From positions 258,634 through 322,633 of IMG/VR virus record IMGVR_UViG_3300031576_000001: a DNA stretch of 64,000 nucleotides. One strand, 5' to 3'. Each line of letters opens with the position of its first letter. Position 1 is the first letter of the stretch. Positions 8,646 through 18,893 of this stretch are shown here, one piece after another. The notes under the pieces were generated by a model that was given only the letters and a program-made list of their open reading frames with translations, had not been told where the DNA came from and made no database searches. A program made the position numbers and the translations under genes.

Positions 8646-11249
8646 ATGGCATCACCCCCAGTAAAAGGCTGGTCTATGTGGGAAACCGTGGGAACCCTGG
8701 ACCCCAACAAGGCTGTTTTGTTCCCAAAACAGAAAGCTACCCCCATGGTGCAACCGCTCGAAGGGGGCGCGCTCCCTATTTACGACCGTGACCCGGTAAC
8801 CGAGGTCAGGGAGTATCCTGTGGAAGGAGCTAGCGCGGGGACGGTTAGCTCCCACGGTGCGCTGCAAGCGCAGATCGCCGTGACCCGCGAGAAGCGTGCG
8901 ACGGCACAGAGCGAGGAGGGTGCTGCGCTCACGGAAGAGGGTGCCTTCAAGGCTTTTGACGACATGGTAAAGGAAGCGCTGGGCGACGACGCACCGTACC
9001 AAGAGGGGGTTGATTCTCTGTGTGATTCAAAGGACCAGGCTACCTTTGCTTCGTTGGACGAGCTAGAACGCCAAGTCACTATGCCCCCAGAGGCGACAGC
9101 GCAGATTCACGCCGAGGAGGACCGTAGGTTCCTTGACACCGTGAACCAAATGGCAAGCGGGGTTGAGGGTACACACGCTTCCCTCCCTGCGACCGACCTA
9201 CCTCTCAGCGCATTGCTGTCAAAGCGCTTGGTGGGTTTCATTGCTACTGCGACAGACACAAGCCCCGGTCTGCCGGCGTCAGGCGCTTGCACAGAGGCGC
9301 CCAGGACAGTGGCACTTTGGGCACAAACCCGAGAAAGAATGAAAATGTCGGAGACCGGAGACCCCACTGCACGCGCAGAAATGGAGGCTTTTGACACCCT
9401 GATAGCAGAGTCCTTGACTGGCCCGGACACAACCACGGTTACCGCGTCTGAGCCATTGTCAGAACAAGCACGGGCAGATAGACAACTTGCGTTTGAGCAA
9501 GCCAAAGCCAAGCTCTTGGAAGAACCCCCCACGGTAAGCCAGCGCACAGTTATTGAGGGAAAAAAGCGCAAAGAGCGCCTTGAGACTCAAATCCGCCAGC
9601 TACGAGCTGAGCTAAACAAGCTGCGCGAGAAGGCAGGGTTGCCCAGGATAGGGTTGTGGGGCTACACCACGGAACCGAGAGTGTATGACGACGAGACTAC
9701 CGTGCTCCCCAAAGTAGCCCAGCGTGAGGACGCTATGACTCTCCGCGCACAACAGTCGGATGACAAGCTGTCCGAGGAGCAAAAGCTAGACGAGATAACG
9801 GACATTCTGAACGGCACCAAGGCGCAACTACAGGTAAAAGAGGCAGTGGACCAGGACACCGTAGCCCCCTATGACCCGGACACCTTCGTACCCCGACAAG
9901 AGCTAGGCGGGGAGGGTGCGCCCCAAGAGGTACGCACTGCCTTGCAAACCCTCCTTCAAGCTCGGACCACCCAGGCTCTCCGTGCGCAAGGTGTGAGGTA
10001 CAACACCATAGAGGAGCGACAGGTTATGGCGGACGCCACGCTCAAGGTGTTGCAAGGCTTCGCAGCCCAGAACCCCGTGGAGTACGCCAACTACGCGCTA
10101 GCCCAACTCAAAGAGGGCACCGTGGTCGAGGGTACCCACAAGGACAGTGCTGTACACCCCACGGACAGTGCCCAAGAGGAAGCACTACAACCTCTAAGCG
10201 AAAGAGGTGCAATGGGGCAGTGGCAGAGGCAACCCCTACGTGTACCACAGAAACTCAGAGCCAGGCTGGTTTTCACAGAGACCATGCTGGACAGCATCCC
10301 TGTGACGCCGGACGCCCTGCGTCTCAGTGACAGTAGAGAGCTTGGGGCGATTGCGGGGGCGCTGGGGGTCAAGTGTGACTCATGGTCAGAGCTGTCCCTA
10401 TCCCTACGGAGAGGTATCGTGACCAAGGCACTACAAGACCGCGCAGGTAAGATGAGCCGGGACAAGGTAAGCATGGCGGTAGCCCCGGAGGCGATCCCGC
10501 CCGCGTTCTTGGAAAACCTACCGCCGACGAGCATCCTGATCTCGCTGAGCGACCCCCTCTTGGAGGCGTTGGCACGTAACTTTGGGGTGTGGGAGAGTTC
10601 ATCGTGGTCGATGATGAACAAGAAGGAGAAGGCTGCACTCATCGAATGGGCTGAGCTTTCTACAGAAATCGGTGAGGGTGAAGCCCCCCCCGAGGGGTCT
10701 TTGGGTGTAACAGATGAGCAGGACAGCCAAAAGGAGCGTAGCATCATGAGCGGTGTGGTTGACACGGTGAAGGCGGCAGGGGCGACCCTAGCCAAGGACA
10801 GCCAAGACGCCTCCTGGCGCGCGGCGGCAAAACAACTGACCAAGTTGGTCAGGGAGCCCCTTGTGGCGCTCCTGCACCGCAACCTCGGACCCAGCGACCC
10901 CTCTCTTCGGGTCAAGATTGCTGAGTTTCTGGATACCGAGATGGGCTCCATCGTGGTCACCAGCCTCCTTGCGACGGGGGCTACCCTGGTACCGATGCCG
11001 GCGCCCATGCAGGCTCAGGTTGTCCGGCTGGCGCAAGAGCTTCGTGTCAAGGCAATGGCAGACGGTATGGACCTCACGGCTGACGTGGTGATGGGTCCGT
11101 TGCGGGCTGTCATAAGCACCTACTTGCAAGGGATGCCCGCAGAGGCGGCTGAGCTAGAGACCGAGACAGCACCGGTCCAGATTCCCTCTGCCAGCATCAG
11201 TGACCACCAAGGCGTGGACAACCGTATCGGGGTCTCCGTCAAGGGTTAG
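8646..11249 (+). CDS. large acidic/coiled-coil hypothetical protein
   Basis: 867-aa ORF with GAGG SD; coiled-coil segments; no in-frame TTA. Confidence 0.8.
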   Translation: MASPPVKGWSMWETVGTLDPNKAVLFPKQKATPMVQPLEGGALPIYDRDPVTEVREYPVEGASAGTVSSHGALQAQIAVTREKRATAQSEEGAALTEEGAFKAFDDMVKEALGDDAPYQEGVDSLCDSKDQATFASLDELERQVTMPPEATAQIHAEEDRRFLDTVNQMASGVEGTHASLPATDLPLSALLSKRLVGFIATATDTSPGLPASGACTEAPRTVALWAQTRERMKMSETGDPTARAEMEAFDTLIAESLTGPDTTTVTASEPLSEQARADRQLAFEQAKAKLLEEPPTVSQRTVIEGKKRKERLETQIRQLRAELNKLREKAGLPRIGLWGYTTEPRVYDDETTVLPKVAQREDAMTLRAQQSDDKLSEEQKLDEITDILNGTKAQLQVKEAVDQDTVAPYDPDTFVPRQELGGEGAPQEVRTALQTLLQARTTQALRAQGVRYNTIEERQVMADATLKVLQGFAAQNPVEYANYALAQLKEGTVVEGTHKDSAVHPTDSAQEEALQPLSERGAMGQWQRQPLRVPQKLRARLVFTETMLDSIPVTPDALRLSDSRELGAIAGALGVKCDSWSELSLSLRRGIVTKALQDRAGKMSRDKVSMAVAPEAIPPAFLENLPPTSILISLSDPLLEALARNFGVWESSSWSMMNKKEKAALIEWAELSTEIGEGEAPPEGSLGVTDEQDSQKERSIMSGVVDTVKAAGATLAKDSQDASWRAAAKQLTKLVREPLVALLHRNLGPSDPSLRVKIAEFLDTEMGSIVVTSLLATGATLVPMPAPMQAQVVRLAQELRVKAMADGMDLTADVVMGPLRAVISTYLQGMPAEAAELETETAPVQIPSASISDHQGVDNRIGVSVKG

Positions 11250-11268
11250 CCCCTCTGAGGGAAGAGTC

Positions 11269-11317
11269 TGAAGGCTCGTTGCCCCCCTGAGAGGGGGTGA
11301 CGGGCTTTCATTCGTTT
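11269..11317 (+). terminator. intrinsic terminator-like hairpin
   Basis: TGAAGGCTCGTTGCCCCCCT/AGGGGGTGACGGGCTTTCA stem with G-U pairs, followed by TTCGTTT. Confidence 0.65.
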
Positions 11318-11349
11318 AAGGGCGTTGTTATCCCCGACGATAGGGGAGG

Positions 11350-11982
11350 ATGCCCGAGGTAGAGAGACACTCCAGGTGGGAACAGTACCCCAGGAAAGCG
11401 GATCTTATCCGTGACCTACGTACTTTCTTCAACCACCTGGAGGACTCGGTAGATCCCGCTCAGGACGCAAACGCCCTCCTGGCGATAGAATACGACACAC
11501 TACCCAACGCCACGTTGAAGAGCGTGGCGGGTCTGGGGCTCTACACGTTTGACAGCACGTCGGTAGCGGTACCTGACGGCTTGAACGTACTTGACACGGG
11601 GCTACCCACGGGACGTTGGGTCAAGGTAACCACCGGGGGTGGTCCGGCGTCTAGCTACACGCTGACGAGCCATGCCTTCTCGTTTGCCTCTGTACCCTTG
11701 GCTATCATGCTGCCGTTGCCCATGGGCACCCGAGTAGACGGAGTTACCGTAGAGGTCTCCACCGCCTTTGACGGCGTGGGCGCTAGCCTCTTGGTAGGTA
11801 CGCCCACGCTCCCGTCGCTCTACTTTGGAGTGGGCGCAAGTAAACTGAGCGTGGGTGGTGCTTTCTACCACAACGATAAGGTTTATACCGCCCCCCTCTC
11901 TGAGGCTCTCATCCTGACCCTGGCTACAGCGGGCTCCACCGCAGGTACAGGCGCGGTACACGTTCGCACACAAGGCCCGTGA
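11350..11982 (+). CDS. putative virion structural protein
   Basis: G/T/S-rich; C-terminal domain similar to that of 11992-12831; first gene of an operon. Confidence 0.65.
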   Translation: MPEVERHSRWEQYPRKADLIRDLRTFFNHLEDSVDPAQDANALLAIEYDTLPNATLKSVAGLGLYTFDSTSVAVPDGLNVLDTGLPTGRWVKVTTGGGPASSYTLTSHAFSFASVPLAIMLPLPMGTRVDGVTVEVSTAFDGVGASLLVGTPTLPSLYFGVGASKLSVGGAFYHNDKVYTAPLSEALILTLATAGSTAGTGAVHVRTQGP

Positions 11983-11991
11983 AAGAAAACA

Positions 11992-12831
11992 ATGGCTAGT
12001 TACGAAAACCTAGCAGGTACAACCGAGACCACATTTCAAATTGGTCTGGACCGTCCACAAGTAAAGAGTACGTCCACAGGCGAGCTAGAAGCTAGAGACG
12101 CTACAGACTCGACTTACGCCAGGTTTCGCGTAGGCGCCCCTGTAGGTCCAAACGACGCGATTACCCGGTCCTATGCAGACACGCTGAGCAAGCCGATCAT
12201 TGTTTCTGCTCAGTTTGACGGCAACAATGCGCTTCCTGCCAACACCGGAACCCCCAGCTACAAGGTAGTCACAACCACGGGTGCTTTTGCCAGCATTGGG
12301 GACGTGATCTACGATGACGGATCGGGAGTGGGCACTACCACGGTGCTTACGGCAATAGAGGGTCGTGTACTCGCTATTACGGACGCCCTCTCTGGTGGTA
12401 CGGTCAGCCTTGACCCGGACAGCATTTACATCTGGGACGCTGACGGTTCTGCCTATGTAAAGATCGGGGACATTGGCTCCGTAACAGGGGCAAACAGGGT
12501 CATCCGATACACCATTACCAACGCTGCGACGCAGGACAGCGTGACTACGATTCCAGCAAGCGCGATTGTGGGACGCTGTGAGGTGAAGATAACGACCCCC
12601 TATTCCGGGGGAGCGTCTATCTCGGTGGGGCGAGCTGGTTCTCTGGCACTCATTATGCCCCCCACGGGGAACACCCCACAGGGGGCTAGCGGTAACATCT
12701 ACCGTAGGTTCCAAGACACCGACTGGGGTGGCTCAGCTTTGGTGGTGCGGACTACGATCACAGGTGCTCCGGCTGCGGGTGCTGGCGTGATTATTGTCCA
12801 CTACATGACACCCAACGCTTTAGCGTGCTAG
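11992..12831 (+). CDS. putative virion structural/fibre protein
   Basis: N-terminus shared with 12843, C-terminus with 11350; in-frame TTA at 12820. Confidence 0.7.
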   Translation: MASYENLAGTTETTFQIGLDRPQVKSTSTGELEARDATDSTYARFRVGAPVGPNDAITRSYADTLSKPIIVSAQFDGNNALPANTGTPSYKVVTTTGAFASIGDVIYDDGSGVGTTTVLTAIEGRVLAITDALSGGTVSLDPDSIYIWDADGSAYVKIGDIGSVTGANRVIRYTITNAATQDSVTTIPASAIVGRCEVKITTPYSGGASISVGRAGSLALIMPPTGNTPQGASGNIYRRFQDTDWGGSALVVRTTITGAPAAGAGVIIVHYMTPNALAC

Positions 12832-12842
12832 TGTGACCCCCC

Positions 12843-13292
12843 GTGGCTGATTTTGATAACCTCTCCGGCACCAGCGAGTCCAGCTTTCAAGTAGGGCTAG
12901 ACGGACCTCTTTTGAAGAGGAACGGCACTGCTTTGGAGGTTAGGGATGCTGCGGACACCGTGTTTGCAACGTTTCGAGTTGCTGACGGCTCAGGGGCGAG
13001 TGACGCTTTGTCACGGGGGGCACACGAAGCGTTGGACTCCCTGGTTCATGAGCTAGCAGAAACGAGCTACGAAGAGGTGACTCGACTAGGAGGGCTGGTT
13101 ACTGACGTGATTGTGTGGACGGACTCTGGAAAAACCATCAAGGTACGAGAAATGAACCTCACTCGTGCTAGCGGTAGGGTCTCGGTCATTGTCAGAAAGC
13201 AATACAATGCAGGCGTGCTGGTACAAACGATGACTTCAACGATAACCCGGTCGGGCGGTCATGTCGCTTCGATTGACCATGTGGAGACCTGA
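12843..13292 (+). CDS. putative virion structural protein
   Basis: NLSGTSESSFQVGLD N-terminus paralogous to 11992. Confidence 0.7.
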   Translation: MADFDNLSGTSESSFQVGLDGPLLKRNGTALEVRDAADTVFATFRVADGSGASDALSRGAHEALDSLVHELAETSYEEVTRLGGLVTDVIVWTDSGKTIKVREMNLTRASGRVSVIVRKQYNAGVLVQTMTSTITRSGGHVASIDHVET

Positions 13293-13297
13293 AGACA

Positions 13298-14386
13298 ATG
13301 AGTGAGTTTGTAGTTGTCGAGGGTGAGCTAGTACCGATTGACACAGCGGGGAACCCTTTGCCTATTGCCAACGGAGGCACGATAGGCTCAACCCCCGGGC
13401 TCATGGTAGCTGGCAAAGAGGGGACAGCGGCCAGGTTCCTTGAAATGTCTACGGTGTCGGGCGCCAAGGCGCTCAAGGTAGACGTTGTGCAGTCGGTAGC
13501 AGTGGATGTTGGAATCGACGACTGGCTAGGCAGCACCGCGCCCACCGTAGGCCAGAAGACCATGGCAGATTCTTTGCCGGTCACGTTGGCTTCTAACCAA
13601 CCTGCCATTCTCATCACAGGTACAATAACCGCCCTCCCCCCTTCGTCGTCAGCCGCACTGGCTACCATTGCTGTGGGCACCGTGGGTACTTCTGGCAGTG
13701 CGCCCGCTTCAACAGTAACAACAGGCACCCTGGTCTACAAAACAGATTACGTGGAGCCTACCTCAGCAGCGCAAAGGTCGATAAGATCTGACAATGCTGC
13801 CGACACTTCGGCGGGCACAGGGGCGCGCACCGTGAGGGTTACCTACTACGACAACACTACGGCGGGACCATTTACAGAAACGGTGACTCTGGCAGGCACC
13901 ACTTGGGTGAACACTGTAGCCACAAACATTCGCTACGTGGAAAAGATAGAGGTTTTGACCACGGGCACCGATGGGTGGAATGTAGGTATCATTACCCTGC
14001 GTACTGGTACGGGTGGGGGTGGTACAGACATTGGAACAATTGCCGCGAATGATAATCAAACCTTCTGGTGCCACCACTACGTGCCCACGGGGATGACGTG
14101 CTTTGTCACGTCCGCCACGGTGGGTAACAATGCCACGTCAGCTACCAATGGTGGGTTCTTCTTCATCAAGTCGCGCATTCTACCCCCCACCGCGACACTG
14201 GTGACCAAAGGTGTTGTCGCCAGTGACATCATTCGCGCCTACGGTCAGACCAGTACAATTCAGCGTGTTTATGACAGCTCTATCCGGGTCACGGGGCCTG
14301 CTCAGCTAGTCATGCACGTTGTCCACGAAGCCGCCTCCGCGGTACAGCACAGAGCCAGCTTTGACTTTTACGAGGAGGCATCATGA
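13298..14386 (+). CDS. putative virion structural protein
   Basis: DTSAGTGARTVRVTYYD...TETVTLAGTT domain, paralogous to 14383; ATGA coupling to the next gene. Confidence 0.75.
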   Translation: MSEFVVVEGELVPIDTAGNPLPIANGGTIGSTPGLMVAGKEGTAARFLEMSTVSGAKALKVDVVQSVAVDVGIDDWLGSTAPTVGQKTMADSLPVTLASNQPAILITGTITALPPSSSAALATIAVGTVGTSGSAPASTVTTGTLVYKTDYVEPTSAAQRSIRSDNAADTSAGTGARTVRVTYYDNTTAGPFTETVTLAGTTWVNTVATNIRYVEKIEVLTTGTDGWNVGIITLRTGTGGGGTDIGTIAANDNQTFWCHHYVPTGMTCFVTSATVGNNATSATNGGFFFIKSRILPPTATLVTKGVVASDIIRAYGQTSTIQRVYDSSIRVTGPAQLVMHVVHEAASAVQHRASFDFYEEAS

Positions 14387-15327
14387 CCATTCAGATTTCC
14401 CCGCAACACACTCAGGTGATTTACGACTGGTCGGGTTTCAAGACCAAGGCAACATCTTTTGGTTTGCGTCTGCGATACCACCAAGAGGTTAGTACGGTCA
14501 CGGTTTACTTCTACGACCCGCCCGAGGTTCATTTGTGTTGCCTGGCTCGTGGTGGTGCGGAGGAGGCTGAGTTTCTGGCGTCTTACTTGCCCCTGATTCA
14601 GGATAGCCCTCTCTCAGAGGCTATCCTGACTGCGGTTGTGTCTGGCGAGCTACCTACAGCGGCTACCGCGCAAGCTGCCGTGCGAAAGACAGCTTACGTT
14701 GAGCGTACCTCAGAGGCGCGTAGATCCATCAAGTCTACCTCAGCTCTAGACACCAATGGTGGTACAGGAGCACGACAGGTTCAGCTCACCTACTATGATG
14801 ATGCAGGTGACGGCCCATTCACGGAGGTTGTTCTCCTCAACGGGCTCACCGCGGTTGACACTACAGCTACAAACATTCGCTACCTGGCAAGAATGGAAGT
14901 CACGTCCGTAGGCTCCACGGGCACCAACCAGGGCACGATAGAGGTATACAATGGCACGGGGGGTGGTGCTACGGGCTCTGGCTTTGGGAGCATTGCTGTG
15001 GGGGATAATCAAACCCTATGGGCACACCATTACGTGGCAGCGAACCGTGTGTGTTACGTCAATACCGTAGCGGTCAACTCCTCTTCCGCTACAGCAGCTA
15101 ACGCCTCAGTCTTTACGCTCAAAGTGAAGACCTTGAACAGTACTTCCCCGGAGGTAGCGTTGGGTGACCGTATCCGCCTCATTGGTGCCACTTCACACTT
15201 GCAACGTGTGTACGGTAAGACACTGAGGATTCGTGGCCCTGCAAGAATACAAGCCTACGTTCAGCCTGAAACAATTTCTGCCGTGACCCAACGTGTGAGC
15301 TTTGATCTCTATGAGGTAGCGCCATGA
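14383..15327 (+). CDS. putative virion structural protein
   Basis: C-terminal domain paralogous to 13298, N-terminal domain to 15324. Confidence 0.75.
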   Translation: MTIQISPQHTQVIYDWSGFKTKATSFGLRLRYHQEVSTVTVYFYDPPEVHLCCLARGGAEEAEFLASYLPLIQDSPLSEAILTAVVSGELPTAATAQAAVRKTAYVERTSEARRSIKSTSALDTNGGTGARQVQLTYYDDAGDGPFTEVVLLNGLTAVDTTATNIRYLARMEVTSVGSTGTNQGTIEVYNGTGGGATGSGFGSIAVGDNQTLWAHHYVAANRVCYVNTVAVNSSSATAANASVFTLKVKTLNSTSPEVALGDRIRLIGATSHLQRVYGKTLRIRGPARIQAYVQPETISAVTQRVSFDLYEVAP

Positions 15328-16730
15328 GCCCCCCTCTCGCAGCACACCTGACACAAATTTACCACACCTGGGACGACTTCAAAGCTAATCTCACCTCTTG
15401 CACGGGGGTACTACGGCGTCACGAAACCAGTATTCTTATCACGGCTTACTTCTATGATACCCCCGAGGTGCATATCTGCCAACTCTGGAAGGGGGACGTG
15501 CCAGATGGGGTGGACGCAGGTGCAAATACGTCAGCCCTAGCGGACTTTGAGGCTAACTTTCGCACACTGGCAGAGCAACGCAGAGCCCTTGACCTCACCG
15601 ACGACCTAGGTCGCAAGGCCGTCGTAGCCGAGCCCAGGACGGGAACCGAGGTCATCTACTCCTCTGGGAATTTCTGCGATCCCTCGACGTGGTTTGGTGG
15701 CAGCGTGCGAGTCACGGAGCAAAGCCTCACGGACAGTGGTAACGGTCTCACCTGGACCTCGCCAGACACACAATGGGTTGACCTTATCTCGGGTCGAGTA
15801 CAGGACGACGACGGGCTTGTTGAGGAGCAACAGTTTACCACGCCAGGAAACCCTCACGGTTATCAGGTCTCCGTATGGGTGGATGACGTTCTCGTCACCA
15901 TGCGCGAGCCGTTTGAAGCCTCGGGGGGGGATTACGAGGTTCTGTGGACGGAAGGACAGGTGCGATTCTTCACGTCGCAAGCTGGCAAGGCTGTAAAAGC
16001 CTCCTACTCCAAGGCGAACGAGAGTACGTTTTACCTACGCCCCCTCCGGGGTAAAGCCTTGAGCATTGAAGCGGCAGAGTCCGACTTCAGCGAGGACTGC
16101 ATCCCCACTGACACCATCATTTACGCAGTGTTTGGTTGGGTAGAAGCCTTTGCCCCTCAGTATGCTTACACTCCTGGTGTGGGTACAGCGTCATTCACTA
16201 ATGGTAATACCGCAGTCACCGGAGCCGGAACCAGCTTTCTCTCAGAGGTTACTCCTGGTAACTACGTGCGCCTAGAGGCTCACGGACCAGAGAACTACAT
16301 GGTTGTAGCCTCTGTGGAAAGCAACACTGCGTTGACGCTGGCAGCGCCCTACACAGGGGCTACAGGCACCGGGAGCATGGCTATCTCTATGCTCCCTACG
16401 GGGGTGTACCCCTACGGGACCAAGATTGAGCTAAAGCGCGGGCAGTACAAGCGGATCACTCAGATATTTAATGAGGCTATCGGGTCGTACCCCCAGGTCA
16501 CGATCCTGGCTTCCACAGCGGCAGACCGCGCTAACCTGAGCGTTGCGGAGTTCCGCCGCACTTGCCGGGGGCTACGTAGCCCTATACAGAGCACTCCGTT
16601 CAGGTACGCCACCACGCGAGACTTGCGGGCGGATATGGGCATGGAGCTAAGGGTCTGGCTAAAGCACCACCGAGCGTTTGACGGTTTCTTCTCCTCCATG
16701 ACGCTCTATTGCACGTCCAGGTCGCTGTGA
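15324..16730 (+). CDS. putative virion structural protein
   Basis: GTASFTNGNTAVTGAGTSF tail-fibre-like segment; ATGA/GTGA coupling. Confidence 0.7.
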   Translation: MSPPLAAHLTQIYHTWDDFKANLTSCTGVLRRHETSILITAYFYDTPEVHICQLWKGDVPDGVDAGANTSALADFEANFRTLAEQRRALDLTDDLGRKAVVAEPRTGTEVIYSSGNFCDPSTWFGGSVRVTEQSLTDSGNGLTWTSPDTQWVDLISGRVQDDDGLVEEQQFTTPGNPHGYQVSVWVDDVLVTMREPFEASGGDYEVLWTEGQVRFFTSQAGKAVKASYSKANESTFYLRPLRGKALSIEAAESDFSEDCIPTDTIIYAVFGWVEAFAPQYAYTPGVGTASFTNGNTAVTGAGTSFLSEVTPGNYVRLEAHGPENYMVVASVESNTALTLAAPYTGATGTGSMAISMLPTGVYPYGTKIELKRGQYKRITQIFNEAIGSYPQVTILASTAADRANLSVAEFRRTCRGLRSPIQSTPFRYATTRDLRADMGMELRVWLKHHRAFDGFFSSMTLYCTSRSL

Positions 16731-17629
16731 AGGCTCTGGTTCTCTCCGGTGGTGGTAGTAAAGGCTCCTGGCAAGCGGGCGTATTGACTCGTCTCCTTGG
16801 CGAAGAGGGTCAGTACTACGAGGTAATCTGTGGTGTCAGCGTGGGAGCCCTCAACGGGGCCTTCCTGGCTCAGTACCCTCTGGGTAGAGAACGTGAGGCC
16901 AGCTTCGATCTTGGTAATCTCTGGCGTGCTGTAGAAACAAGCAAAATATACAAGCGCTGGTTCCCCTTTGGGCGACTACACGCCCTCTGGCGCGGTTCTG
17001 CTTACAACAGTGAACCCTTGGCGGATTGGGTGTCCACTGCACTCGACACCAAGAGAATCCAAACGTCCGGGCGTAAGCTCAGGGTGGGTGCAGTTTCCTT
17101 GACAACAGGGGAGTACCGCCTCTTTGGTGAGGACTACCCAGAGCTAACCCAAGCTGTTCTTGCGTCAGCTAGTTTTCCAGCCGCACTTTGCCCTGTATCG
17201 ATGGAGGGTGAGCTTTGGTCCGATGGTGGGATCAAAGAGATTACCCCCCTGCAAGGAGCCATCGCTCTTGGTGCTTCGCACGTTGACGTGGTTTTGTGCT
17301 CCCCCAAGAGTACCACGACCCCCTTCCCTGCGGACGCTAACGCAATCAGCGTAGCTATGCGAACGATTGACCTCATGAGCGATGAGATCCTCAACGACGA
17401 CCTAGCTAAGACCGCCATGGTCAATCAGCTTGTCGAGGCGGGGGCGTGCAACGACAAGCGCCTGGTTACCATACGGGTTTTCCGCCCTGAGAAGAACCTG
17501 ATCGAGTCGAGCCTGGACTTCTCTAACGACAAGATGCGTGCCTTGCTTGACCAAGGGTACGCGGCAGCTTCTCGGTGGGAGAGCCTGTTAGCCCCGAGGT
17601 TAGTCCCCCTCTTAGGTGAGCCTGGCTAA
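16727..17629 (+). CDS. patatin-like phospholipase
   Basis: GGGSKG, GVSVG (GxSxG), ASASFP and DGG motifs; first in-frame TTA at 17588. Confidence 0.92.
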   Translation: MKALVLSGGGSKGSWQAGVLTRLLGEEGQYYEVICGVSVGALNGAFLAQYPLGREREASFDLGNLWRAVETSKIYKRWFPFGRLHALWRGSAYNSEPLADWVSTALDTKRIQTSGRKLRVGAVSLTTGEYRLFGEDYPELTQAVLASASFPAALCPVSMEGELWSDGGIKEITPLQGAIALGASHVDVVLCSPKSTTTPFPADANAISVAMRTIDLMSDEILNDDLAKTAMVNQLVEAGACNDKRLVTIRVFRPEKNLIESSLDFSNDKMRALLDQGYAAASRWESLLAPRLVPLLGEPG

Positions 17630-18487
17630 GAGGTCGTGCTTTAGCCACGCCTGGGGGTTGTCATCGCGTCTACGCCAGAGGCAGCTAGCCCGCTGGGTGG
17701 GGTTGACTGCACCCAAAGCCCCCTCTGCGCAACTCCACCAAGAGGTAAGGCTGACGCCCTCCTCGGCGTGAAGGAGATACCCCGTGATGCGCCACCCCGA
17801 GGCGGTACGGTAGCTGTAGGTCTCGGGGTACTTCCCACGCAGGACCATGGGTAGCCCGTCCAGGTTCTTGCCCCTGTCCAAGAGCCATTCTCCCTTGCCG
17901 GCGATGTTGACCCTGCTGCCCAAGAAGTGCCTGGACTTCTCCTGACCTCGGGGACCGTCAAAGAACATCCCGTCCAGCGCTACGAGGTACGTACCCATAG
18001 GCACCCCGTAGCGCTGGCTCTGCCCGTCGTAGACGTGAACCACCGGACAGGGTACCGGCCAGGGTGCCCGTGGACTCGTTTCCAGCTTGCCCCCCAAGTA
18101 GTCCCCCAGGTAGTCCTCCAAGAGGCTGTGCTTGTCGAAGAACCCCTCTTCTTCGAGCTTGTCCAGCTTGTGCAACACTTCCTCTTGCTCGGGGCTAAGC
18201 AAGCTGTCGCTGGTGTGCGCCAGAGCTTCTGAGATGGGCACGGGCACCTTGACAGGGGAGGGCTCCGAAGGCTTGGGTTTGCGAGGCGCTGGGTCGAGAA
18301 GAGGTGCCGCGCCGCACAGAACCTCCATGACCAGGGCACGGGTCATCTTCCCACGGATCACGCGCCCAGCTTTGATGTCATCCTCCACCCGGGCGATAAG
18401 CGCCAGCTTCGTCTCGGGCGTCGTGAGGTCGCGAACGTGTTCAAGGAGCAGCCGGTAAGCCCCGCTGCGTGAGTCGAGCGTTGTCAT
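17612..18487 (-). CDS. hypothetical protein
   Basis: GGTGTA motif at 18501; in-frame TTA at 17627. Confidence 0.7.
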   Translation of the reverse strand: MTTLDSRSGAYRLLLEHVRDLTTPETKLALIARVEDDIKAGRVIRGKMTRALVMEVLCGAAPLLDPAPRKPKPSEPSPVKVPVPISEALAHTSDSLLSPEQEEVLHKLDKLEEEGFFDKHSLLEDYLGDYLGGKLETSPRAPWPVPCPVVHVYDGQSQRYGVPMGTYLVALDGMFFDGPRGQEKSRHFLGSRVNIAGKGEWLLDRGKNLDGLPMVLRGKYPETYSYRTASGWRITGYLLHAEEGVSLTSWWSCAEGALGAVNPTQRASCLWRRRDDNPQAWLKHDLLARLT

Positions 18488-18527
18488 GTCCCCTCTAAGC
18501 TACACCCCAGAGAGGTTCCGGGTAGGC

Positions 18528-18821
18528 TCAGGGTATGTCCGCCCCGTGGCACCTACAGAAGCCTACACGGCAGACTGAGGGCGCACGTTTGCACCGTGGG
18601 CAGAAATCGTCGCCCCAGAAGGACACGGTAACAAACCACCCCGCGTCCCGAGCCTCTTGGCACGCTAGTCGCCGGGCTTCTACCTCTGCCAGGCTTTCTG
18701 CACCTTGCTCCGTGGCAAATCCGGTGAGGGTCTCCTTGCACCCTCTACAGGTCAGGGTGGTTTTTGCGACCCAGTAACCGAGTCGCGTAGGGGAGCGCGT
18801 TGTCTGCGTGCAGCGTGCCAT
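18528..18821 (-). CDS. small Cys-rich (zinc-binding) protein
   Basis: CRGC, CPRC and CRVGFCRC. Confidence 0.5.
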   Translation of the reverse strand: MARCTQTTRSPTRLGYWVAKTTLTCRGCKETLTGFATEQGAESLAEVEARRLACQEARDAGWFVTVSFWGDDFCPRCKRAPSVCRVGFCRCHGADIP

Positions 18822-18893
18822 GTTAAAGGAGAGACTACCCCGGAGAGGCTAATTGAGGGGCTCAAAGTTGAGGCATGGTGTAAACTAGGGGTC

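Noticed and set aside
16727-17629. CBASS defence operon
   Set aside because: No CD-NTase or Cap2/Cap3 genes near the patatin.
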